64,000 nt of DNA from an uncultured Rikenellaceae bacterium. Its GTDB lineage: Bacteria; Bacteroidota; Bacteroidia; Bacteroidales; VadinHA17. The stretch covers positions 71,089 through 135,088 of the forward strand of contig CAYMFM010000001.1 in the NCBI GenBank assembly GCA_964389685.1. The letters run 5' to 3'. The notes under the pieces are model-generated. The model did not search any database. It saw nothing but the letters and a program-made list of their open reading frames with translations, and was not told where the DNA came from. Made by a program: the position numbers and the translations under genes. Positions 49,701 to 56,320 of the stretch are shown here, one piece after another (positions within the stretch are counted from its first letter, which is position 1; each line of letters begins with the position of its first letter).

Positions 49701-51342
49701 CTCCAATGCCCTAACCTGGCTGAATAACCTGGATTGGAAAGAGAAAACAATACAACTTGTTGTATTTGCACTGTTTGTCGCGCTCATTTTTCTTCGGATT
49801 GACCGGGTTGTTATGAAACTTCTTTGCCTGTTTTTGATCATCATATTGATCCCGGGGCTGACCTATTTTGTAAAAACAAGCCTCCGGCAGGCAAAATCAA
49901 AACTCATAGAAGAGAGAGATCCCATAATGATAAAAATCCGAAGCCTGGTTAAAGTGTATGACAGGGATAGCCGATTTATCAGGGAATGGAAGGCTGCACT
50001 GCGAAAAAGAAAAGCCACAGATGGAGAAGAAGCGATGACCCGAAGGCGGTTATTTGAAGATCTGATCTGGCAGATGCCCCTGTTAGGCTTCCTCCTCTAT
50101 TTCACCTATTTTTACCTGGAGAGCAAGTTCTGGTTTTTTGTAATGCCTCATATTATCTTCCTTTTCTTCTTCCCGGTTTGGAAACCGGTCAGTATCTTTT
50201 TAAAGGAACGCTCAAAGGAGAAGAAAAAAGCATTCATTAAGCGGATTCAGAATGTTTTTTTAAAGATGATTTACTGGGGCTTCCCGATGCTGAACCTGAT
50301 TCTTTTCCAATTGCGGTGGGATAACCTCATCCTGGTTGTTTTTATCGCAATCTTCTGGTACCTGTTGCTGGGCATTTATGCTATTTCCGATAAGATACAC
50401 CGGGAAGAAATCAATATTTACAGATTGACCGGTAAATTCAAACGGCTCAGAACCAGTCTATACAGGCTGGTGGTTGCCATACCACTGATTGGGCGAAGGA
50501 GGAAGCCTTTTCGTGCTCTTGATGGAGTAACCCTTGAAATTGGAAAGGGAATGTTCGGATTGCTTGGACCGAATGGTGCCGGGAAAACAACCCTCATGAG
50601 AATCATTTGTGGGATCCTGGAACAAAGCTATGGCAAAGTGACAATCAATGGATTTGATACCCTGGAAAAGAGAGAAGAGCTGCAGGGACTGATTGGATAC
50701 CTGCCACAGGAATTCGGCATGTATGAAAACATGACGGCATACGAATTTTTGAACTACCAGGCAATGCTTAAAAACCTCATTGACAAAGAGAAAAGAGAAG
50801 AAATGGTGAATCATGTTCTCTCGTCAGTCCATATGGAAGGGCACAAGCATGAAAAGATCTCCTCTTATTCCGGCGGTATGAAACAGCGAATCGGCATCGC
50901 ACAGATCCTGTTGCACCTGCCACGAATACTGGTGGTGGATGAACCGACTGCCGGATTGGATCCGAGGGAGAGGATCCGGTTCCGAAACCTGCTGGTGGAA
51001 CTTAGCCGGGAAAGGGTAGTCGTTTTTTCAACCCATATCATTGAAGATATTGCCAGTTCATGCAATATGGTCGCCGTTCTGGACCACGGGAAGCTGAAAT
51101 ACCTTGGTGAACCATCAAAAATGGCAAAGATTGCAGAAGGACACGTCTGGCAATTCCAGGTTTCAGCAGAAGCATTTCACCAATTGCAACAAGAACTGCT
51201 GATCGTTCATCACATGCAGGATGGTGATCAGATCAGGGTCAGATGTGTGGCCGAGAAAGCACCGGTACCGGATGCGAAACCGGTGAAAGCCCTGCTGGAG
51301 GATTCATACCTTTACCTGTTGAAAGGAAACACTGAAGCCTAA
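46627..51342 (+). CDS. RND efflux permease fused C-terminally (via extra TM helices) to an ABC ATP-binding domain
   Basis: A continuous 1571-codon ORF. Residues 1-~1030 form a full RND permease, residues 1041-1082 add two extra TM helices, and residues 1100-1571 form an ABC NBD interrupted by a 4-TM insert. See the sub-features and findings. Confidence 0.85.
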   Translation: MKFIVHRKTLISMLFIGLTLLGYISYKHLPVELIPNAELPVLIVNVASPLEVDPKYMENAAVIPLEGVIGSLEGIEEIESTASSRRGVIYISFSQKTNIKYAYLKLQERVEVIKPTLPEGFYVQVVKIDIEQLSNQFMGLQVRGSGGTDRVRNVVDQEIKPELENVDGIASVEVFGGREKSIEIILDEEACRAHGISPSQVRNLLSQSTKSKTFVGDVVENNRRYFVNVTAEYLEIDDIQNLVVDGRGPILLKDVAEIFFGVKEESSYSRVNGKEAVTIQLVRDLQVNMIDLSHRTNEVIEKLNHDLRSKDIEIVIQNNMAETMEENINLIIRLALIGGLLAICLLWIFLKNLRLVVTVALAIPISVFTAFNFFYAFNISLNSLTLVGMALAIGMLLDNSVVVLESIYRIATRKKDVDKIVLQGTKEVWRSIFAGTLTTMAVFLPFLFASNFLISLLGKHVGVSIISTLGVSLLVALLLIPMTSHFFLKKGLQKGKLRFQTLSSDNRLVRIYIVLLKACMRFPARTIIGAVFLFFIAVFISLAISISSVQEVDTPEFNLYVTMPGGATLETTNHIVEQIEENIETLEEKGDVISKVYEEEAIVTINLQEDYEKIGERTLAQIKREIKDRVSDIRAAEISLDRPSSGYGGGGMTGGDPGGGFERLLGIGTEEEKVLIKGQDFERMRNVAEDVRYFLESLSSINSASMSIADNRPEIHITFDQHILSQYGISLASIANELNSFQSEFSSGITFKQGGEEYDIIIKNRAEEETQPMTMDDLKQLSIQGASGSSYELENLGDIIYATGNSEINRVNQEKQIEVRYQFIPEMLDSKSLLTAARLEIDQMVAALPIPAGVAIEVFHEENELKDFYFLILAAIILIYMILAAVFESLSTPVVLMFSIPLAAIGSLIALILTGNSLFNANTLTGFLILLGVVVNNGIILIDYSRILRQQGFNRSRALMMAGLARIRPILITAVTTIVAMLPLAMGKAEYVTSIGAPFAITVIGGLSLSTLLTLLFIPTFNTGLSNALTWLNNLDWKEKTIQLVVFALFVALIFLRIDRVVMKLLCLFLIIILIPGLTYFVKTSLRQAKSKLIEERDPIMIKIRSLVKVYDRDSRFIREWKAALRKRKATDGEEAMTRRRLFEDLIWQMPLLGFLLYFTYFYLESKFWFFVMPHIIFLFFFPVWKPVSIFLKERSKEKKKAFIKRIQNVFLKMIYWGFPMLNLILFQLRWDNLILVVFIAIFWYLLLGIYAISDKIHREEINIYRLTGKFKRLRTSLYRLVVAIPLIGRRRKPFRALDGVTLEIGKGMFGLLGPNGAGKTTLMRIICGILEQSYGKVTINGFDTLEKREELQGLIGYLPQEFGMYENMTAYEFLNYQAMLKNLIDKEKREEMVNHVLSSVHMEGHKHEKISSYSGGMKQRIGIAQILLHLPRILVVDEPTAGLDPRERIRFRNLLVELSRERVVVFSTHIIEDIASSCNMVAVLDHGKLKYLGEPSKMAKIAEGHVWQFQVSAEAFHQLQQELLIVHHMQDGDQIRVRCVAEKAPVPDAKPVKALLEDSYLYLLKGNTEA
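49747..49872 (+). other. two additional predicted TM helices (hairpin) following RND TM12
   Basis: TIQLVVFALFVALIFLRI (res 1041-1058) and VVMKLLCLFLIIILIPGLTYFV (res 1061-1082), followed by the basic segment KTSLRQAKSK. Confidence 0.6.
49924..49968 (+). other. first beta-strand segment of the fused ABC NBD
   Basis: IMIKIRSLVKVYDRD aligns with MKISINQLNKIYKNG at the N-terminus of the free NBD (36434). Confidence 0.55.
49969..50508 (+). other. ~180-aa insertion with four predicted TM helices inside the NBD
   Basis: Helices LIWQMPLLGFLLYFTYFYL, FWFFVMPHIIFLFFFPVW, VFLKMIYWGFPMLNLILFQL and LILVVFIAIFWYLLLGIYAI. The flanking and central loops are Lys/Arg-rich (KAALRKRKA, KERSKEKKKAFIKR, GKFKRLRTSLYR...GRRRKP), which is consistent with a cytoplasmic location. 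Confidence 0.55.
50509..51342 (+). other. core of the fused ABC NBD plus C-terminal accessory domain
   Basis: FRALDGVTLEIGKGMFGLLGPNGAGKTTLMRI (Walker A at 50566-50589), GYLPQEF, YSGGMKQRIGIAQ, ILVVDEPTAGLD and FSTH. The C-terminal AEGHVWQFQV... is paralogous to AKGHVFLIQA... of the free NBD. Confidence 0.85.
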
Positions 51343-51353
51343 ATACGATATCG

Positions 51354-52073
51354 ATGAATTGGAGTAAAAAAGTAGCGAATGGTGTCATCCTGCTGGTAAA
51401 AATGATCCGGTATAACCTGAAGATCGTTTTTGCCAATAAATTCCTCTATTTTCTACTCGCCGCATTCGCATTTTTTGTTCTGGTTACAGTTATTGATCTC
51501 TTTTCCGGAACCGGTGCTACCATTGAGGGGGTCTATTATTTATTGCTGTTCCCGGGAATATTGCTGATCTTCTATCCCACAGCCTTCGGTATACAGAATG
51601 ATGAAGATTCCAGAATGCTTGAAATTATTTTTGGCATTCCCAATTACCGGTACAAAGTATGGCTGGTGCGCCTGGCACTGATCTATCTCATCGTTTTTTT
51701 GCTGTTGCTTGCACTGGGATTACTCAGCTCATTTGCACTGGTCAGGATCCCGGTTTTCGAAATGTCATTCCAGCTGATGTTTCCGATATTCTTTATTGGA
51801 AGCCTTGCCTTTATGCTTTCAACATTGATAAAAAATGGAAATGGTACTGCGGTAGTCATGGTCGTGATCGGAGTTGGATTTCTCATTGCTGCCGAACCCC
51901 TGGCAGATAGTGCATGGAATATCTTTCTCAATCCCTTCGATCTGCCCGGGGATATGAATCAGGTCATATGGGCTGAAGTATCCATGAAAAACCGCCTTTA
52001 CCTTCTGACAGGAATGATCCTTGCCAACCTGTATGGCCTCTATAACCTGCAAGCCAGGGAGAAGTTTGTGTAA
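51354..52073 (+). CDS. ABC-2-type permease-like membrane protein (6 predicted TM)
   Basis: 239 aa, starting 11 bp after the fusion gene. It has six hydrophobic helices and the segment DEDSRMLEIIFGIPNYRYKVWLVRLAL, which resembles the ABC-2 motif after TM2. Confidence 0.6.
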   Translation: MNWSKKVANGVILLVKMIRYNLKIVFANKFLYFLLAAFAFFVLVTVIDLFSGTGATIEGVYYLLLFPGILLIFYPTAFGIQNDEDSRMLEIIFGIPNYRYKVWLVRLALIYLIVFLLLLALGLLSSFALVRIPVFEMSFQLMFPIFFIGSLAFMLSTLIKNGNGTAVVMVVIGVGFLIAAEPLADSAWNIFLNPFDLPGDMNQVIWAEVSMKNRLYLLTGMILANLYGLYNLQAREKFV

Positions 52074-52239
52074 TAAATGCCTCAATTGCCTTAAATTTGT
52101 AAATGCCTCAAATTTACCAATTCCTTTGTTAATTATCCTGTTGATTACTTTTCATTTAGGCCGAAAATACGCATGATGAATTTTCATAATTTTACGATGG
52201 GATGTTTGGGAATTCCCGGACGGGAAGGAAAAAGATAAC

Positions 52240-53238
52240 ATGGAGGAGAAAAAACAGCTGTTAAACGGATTGTTAGGGATCATTTTTTTTACCTGCTTCA
52301 CTTTCTCTTTAGGAGCTCAGGATAGTTATACTGTGGTGAAAGCCCAAAAGGGAGAAGGGATTTATTCCCTATTAGCCCGGAATAATCTTGCGCCTGCAAA
52401 ATACTTTGATCAGTTTGTTGAGCTCAACGCCGCATCACTGGACAAAAACAATACCCTGATTGAAGGGAAGAATTATAAGATCCCGGTGGTGAGTGAAGTT
52501 GGCCGGTATCCTATCTTCGGGAAAGAGTATGAACTGGTAGAGCGGAAAGATAACCAGCTGGCAGGTGCGGTTTTTTATCTTGTTAGCGGACACGGAGGGC
52601 CGGATTGGGGAGCCAATGTGAAGATTGGGAGCAGAACGGTTTGTGAAGATGAATATGCGTATGATATTACGCTACGGCTCGCCAGGAGATTAATTGAACA
52701 CGGAGCACTTGTGTACATGATCACCCGGGATAACGATGACGGTATACGAAATGAAGAATACCTGAAACCGGATCGGGATGAGACCTGTTACCCGAATCAT
52801 AAAATTCCGGCAAAACAGACGACAAGATTGAGGCAGAGAGCATCCGCCATAAACCAGCTATATCGCAAAAACAGATCCAGATCATACCAGCGTGCAATCG
52901 TTATTCATCTCGATTCGCAAAGCAAAAGCAGTAATATCGATGTCTATTTTTACCACCATCCCAATAGCAAAGCCGGAAAACAACTCTCTGAAACGCTTCA
53001 AAAAACACTGAAAAAGAAATACCAGATCCATCAGCCATCCAGGGGATATACCGGAACCGTCGGAACAAGGAGCTTATACATGTTAAAAAAGACGACACCC
53101 GTTACTACGTTCATTGAGCTGGGAAACATAAGAAATTACCGGGACCAGGTGAGGTTTTTAAAAGAAAACAACCGGCAGGCACTGGCAAACTGGCTTACCG
53201 AAGGATTGATACAGGATTATCGGTTACACCGAAACTGA
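52240..53238 (+). CDS. N-acetylmuramoyl-L-alanine amidase family protein with N-terminal LysM-like segment
   Basis: LysM-like YTVVKAQKGEGIYSLLARNNL...GKNYKIPV. Amidase_3-like LVSGHGGPDWGA...EDEYAYDITLRLARRL...VIHLDS. Confidence 0.7.
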   Translation: MEEKKQLLNGLLGIIFFTCFTFSLGAQDSYTVVKAQKGEGIYSLLARNNLAPAKYFDQFVELNAASLDKNNTLIEGKNYKIPVVSEVGRYPIFGKEYELVERKDNQLAGAVFYLVSGHGGPDWGANVKIGSRTVCEDEYAYDITLRLARRLIEHGALVYMITRDNDDGIRNEEYLKPDRDETCYPNHKIPAKQTTRLRQRASAINQLYRKNRSRSYQRAIVIHLDSQSKSSNIDVYFYHHPNSKAGKQLSETLQKTLKKKYQIHQPSRGYTGTVGTRSLYMLKKTTPVTTFIELGNIRNYRDQVRFLKENNRQALANWLTEGLIQDYRLHRN

Positions 53239-53279
53239 CGTCTTAAAAACAATTTCTGAAATCCTCGATTTTCTAAGGA

Positions 53280-54041
53280 TTAAAATCCAATGGCATTCCC
53301 ACCATCTACCGGCAATTGAACACCGGTTATAAATGCCGAAGCATCAGAAGCAAGAAATACAACCGCATAACCGATCTCTTCCGGTGTGCCAAACCGTCTC
53401 AGGGGTGTACGCTCCAGGATCTTTTTTTCTTTTTCCGGAAATCGTTTGATCGCCTCTTCATGCATGGGCGTGACGATGAAACCGGGTGCAATGGCGTTAA
53501 CCCTGACGCCCGAAGGGGAAAGATCAGTTGCCAGGGAACGGGTCAAGCCAAGAAGTCCTGATTTTGATGCAGCATAGGGCGCCACGTCCTGTAATCCATA
53601 AATGGCAGCCAGGGAGGTGATCATGATGATTGACCCCCTGTTTCGCTGAACCATGAACGTTGCAACCTCACGGGTTAACGAAAAAACACCGGACAGATTT
53701 GTGTTCATAATAGACTGGAAATCAGTGTCTGATACCTCAAAAGGGGATTTTACATCGTTGATGCCTGCGTTGTTCACCAGAATATCGATCGATCCGTGTC
53801 TTGATTCTATGAAGCGGACGAAATCGGGGATAGCATCTAATTCCGTGATGTCATGAATGACATAGCTGGACCGTTCACCCAGCTCTATAGTTGCATTTTT
53901 AAGCACCTCTTCTCTTCTGCCGGTAATGACCACCGATGCCCCGGCATTAACCAGGCATTTCGAGATACCAAATCCAATTCCGGTTCCTCCACCGGTAACC
54001 AAGGCCAGCTTTCCTGTTAGTTCGAATGGGTTTCCTGACAT
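53280..54041 (-). CDS. SDR family oxidoreductase
   Basis: TGGGTGIGFG cofactor motif, NNAG, catalytic YAASKSG, and PGFIVTP. Confidence 0.85.
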   Translation of the reverse strand: MSGNPFELTGKLALVTGGGTGIGFGISKCLVNAGASVVITGRREEVLKNATIELGERSSYVIHDITELDAIPDFVRFIESRHGSIDILVNNAGINDVKSPFEVSDTDFQSIMNTNLSGVFSLTREVATFMVQRNRGSIIMITSLAAIYGLQDVAPYAASKSGLLGLTRSLATDLSPSGVRVNAIAPGFIVTPMHEEAIKRFPEKEKKILERTPLRRFGTPEEIGYAVVFLASDASAFITGVQLPVDGGNAIGF

Positions 54042-54288
54042 GATAATGATTTGTTAACAAAAATATTGATCTGGTTAAAAAAATATCCAATAACCAATCG
54101 CAGTGTTTAAATGTACACTATATCTTCATGAATTCATATCAAAGAAGGGTGAACTCATCTACAAATTCAATGAATTCGTCAATGATATTGCAATTTCAAG
54201 AAAATAGTAACGATTTTTTCATAGTAAGGAGCAACCTTTTTGGTGAATTATACATCATTGAACTGAGGGGTTAGTGTTGAAATGAGCA

Positions 54289-54333
54289 AAATTTGCAAGC
54301 CGGAATGTGAGCATTTCTCCGGCTTGCAAATTT
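54289..54333. promoter_or_regulatory. perfect 16-bp inverted repeat (candidate operator) upstream of the small wHTH gene
   Basis: AAATTTGCAAGCCGGA (54289-54304), a 13-nt spacer, then TCCGGCTTGCAAATTT (54318-54333). It ends 37 bp before the ATG at 54370. Confidence 0.4.
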
Positions 54334-54369
54334 GATCGCAATTTTTTATTAGAAAAGGAGGATATTTTT

Positions 54370-54597
54370 ATGGAAGAAAAGAAACAAATAAGACTGGATG
54401 AGATCAATAATCCTACCAAGCAGGAAATTATTAAAATACTGCAGGAAAATGATCTTTGTTCATTGGGTCAGATCATTAAGAGGCTATCCATATCTTACTC
54501 TGCAGGATTGAAGTACATTCTGGAGTTGAAAAAAGATGGGATTATCGATAATAACCTGATGCCTCCCTATTTTAATCTGGCCAGCAAGGTGCTCTGA
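54370..54597 (+). CDS. small winged-helix DNA-binding-like protein
   Basis: 76 aa. QEIIKILQENDLCSLGQIIKRLSISYSAGLKYILELKKDGII has an HTH/wHTH-like pattern. AAGGAGG lies 8 nt upstream of the ATG. The ORF-track GTG start at 54307 falls inside the inverted repeat and is less likely. Confidence 0.45.
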   Translation: MEEKKQIRLDEINNPTKQEIIKILQENDLCSLGQIIKRLSISYSAGLKYILELKKDGIIDNNLMPPYFNLASKVL

Positions 54598-54629
54598 TCC
54601 TTCTGTTTAGAAGGTCTATATAAAAAGAG

Positions 54630-54665
54630 CCCTGGAGTTTATATAACTTCAGGGTTATTTTTTTT
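54630..54665 (+). terminator. rho-independent terminator
   Basis: Stem CCCTGGAGTT / AACTTCAGGG with one G-U pair, a 5-nt loop and a T-rich tail. Confidence 0.55.
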
Positions 54666-54764
54666 AAATAGGATTAATAGTCTAAAGAATAAGTAGAGTA
54701 TTATTGTTTTGAGATATCAGATTCTTGTGTATCTTAGTTCTTAGGAATAAAAATTTCAGAAAAT

Positions 54765-54956
54765 ATGTTTGATTACAAGTTCATTACCATCAAGGCAACT
54801 TCATTTAAACACAAACCAAAAGAAGACTACCACAAGTTGATAGAAGAGCATGCCAGGAGCGGATGGCGTTTTGTACAAATCTTTGCACCCGGCACTTTTG
54901 GTTATGGTAATCCGGGATATTACGAGTTAATATTCGAGAAGCACCAACCGGTTTAA
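54765..54956 (+). CDS. DUF4177-like small protein
   Basis: 63 aa. YKFITIK...LIEEHARSGWRFVQIFAPG...YYELIFEK matches my recollection of the DUF4177 pattern. Confidence 0.55.
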   Translation: MFDYKFITIKATSFKHKPKEDYHKLIEEHARSGWRFVQIFAPGTFGYGNPGYYELIFEKHQPV

Positions 54957-54961
54957 ACAGT

Positions 54962-55783
54962 TTACTTGTTTGGGTAGATCGGTTCGACCCACTCTTCTGC
55001 GGGAGCATATTTGCTCTGGCTGGCCCAGGTGATCCCGCGCTTCATGATCTCCAGGGCTTCCGGTACAGAAAAATCGCTGGAGACATGCCCGAGTGATGAA
55101 TAGAAGACACGGCCCTTGCCGTACATCTTTTTCCATACAACCGGCATCACGCATCCCTCGATCCAGAAAGCATGTTTATCACTGAAAGTAGTGGTTGCCA
55201 GGACTTTCACGTTAGGATCTACGTGCATATAGTACTGCTCGGAGTGCATATCAAAATCGGGAAGACCCTTGGTTACCGGATCTTCATGATTGGTAATATT
55301 TACCCTGTAATCAATTACCCCTCCCGGATGTGCAACCCATTGACCACCGACCATAAACTGGTACTCGGTGTTCTGGCGAAAGGAATCCCCCAATCCACCA
55401 TGCCATCCTGCCAGGCCAACCCCTCCTTTTACAGCATTCAGCAATGCCCTTTCCTGTTCACCGGTAATGGTGCCCATGGTATAGACCTGAATGATCAGAT
55501 CCACTCCATCCATTAACTCCTTATCCAGGTAAGCATCCAGTGTATTGGATACGGTCACTTCAGCCCCCATCTCCTCAAGCCAGGGTTGGAAAATATCCAC
55601 ACACTGTTTTGGTTCGTGGCCGTCCCATCCACCCCACACCATCAACACTTTTTTCCCCTGCAGGGTCTCTTCCACGGGTACTGACATACAGGAAAAAGTT
55701 GTTTCTGTGGCGAACAGGATCACCAGACTTAAGAATATCAACTTATACATAAAACCTGCTCCTTTAATCGTTTGCTGATTCAT
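54962..55783 (-). CDS. ThuA domain-containing (class I glutamine amidotransferase-like) protein, secreted
   Basis: Signal peptide; [26 protein letters not shown], and FYSSLGH. Confidence 0.7.
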   Translation of the reverse strand: MNQQTIKGAGFMYKLIFLSLVILFATETTFSCMSVPVEETLQGKKVLMVWGGWDGHEPKQCVDIFQPWLEEMGAEVTVSNTLDAYLDKELMDGVDLIIQVYTMGTITGEQERALLNAVKGGVGLAGWHGGLGDSFRQNTEYQFMVGGQWVAHPGGVIDYRVNITNHEDPVTKGLPDFDMHSEQYYMHVDPNVKVLATTTFSDKHAFWIEGCVMPVVWKKMYGKGRVFYSSLGHVSSDFSVPEALEIMKRGITWASQSKYAPAEEWVEPIYPNK

Positions 55784-55809
55784 GGTATCTATTGCTTATG
55801 GTTTGAAAG

Positions 55810-56067
55810 CTAACTCAGCATCAATCCGATTTTCTTCTCAAGGGTTATTTTGAATTCATCGCAGCATGCGGTGACGTGGATAAAATAGGTGTCGGGGGGT
55901 GTAAATTTCAATTCAAACTCTCCCGGTTTATCATGTACCGGACATTTAATTTCGGATATACTGGAAGAGATGATGGAGGCATAGGTATTCGCCAGTGCTG
56001 GTTTGGGTTTCCCATCCGGGTTCTTGAAAACGATCTTATGCATGGCAGAGGAGATATATACATGCAA
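55810..56067 (-). CDS. hypothetical small protein
   Basis: ORF only. The Cys/His pattern KCPVHDK...HVTACCDEF hints at metal binding. I recognise no family. Confidence 0.3.
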   Translation of the reverse strand: MHVYISSAMHKIVFKNPDGKPKPALANTYASIISSSISEIKCPVHDKPGEFELKFTPPDTYFIHVTACCDEFKITLEKKIGLMLS

Positions 56068-56320
56068 GTTAAATTAAAATATCGATAAAACCTATGAAGG
56101 CAGAAATCATTTGCTGTAAACCATATTCAAACAGAAACCCATTAATTTTTTTGAATCAACAGGTTGAGGCGAAGGCTAATAATAAGTACCCTCGTGCTAT
56201 GACTGTGTGAAAGCTATGCGGGTGGCAGTTCATAGTACGAGTATTGGTAGTTCAGGGTCCTGGGTGCTCGGTCCCCTGACGTTCGCTATGCTTAGCCAGG
56301 GTCTTCGACCATGACGCTCC

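Noticed and set aside
49600-50000. The RND::ABC fusion as a simple annotation, frameshift or read-through artefact joining two genes.
   Set aside because: - The frame is continuous.
- No plausible start codon with upstream signal is needed for the NBD, because its first strand (IMIKIRSLVKVY) is already in frame after the two linker helices.
- TM parity keeps all NBD parts cytoplasmic.

A sequencing error cannot be excluded from the sequence alone, so it is kept as a check under the finding rather than as the preferred explanation.
52074-52111. Direct repeat TAAATGCCTCAA x2 (26 bp apart) just after the last gene of the transporter block.
   Set aside because: It is short, AT-rich and outside any obvious promoter or terminator context, so it could easily be chance. 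It is recorded here only for completeness.
54307-54369. The GTG start at 54307, giving a 96-aa version of the wHTH ORF.
   Set aside because: That start lies inside the spacer of the 16-bp inverted repeat and has no upstream signal. The ATG at 54370 has AAGGAGG at the ideal distance.
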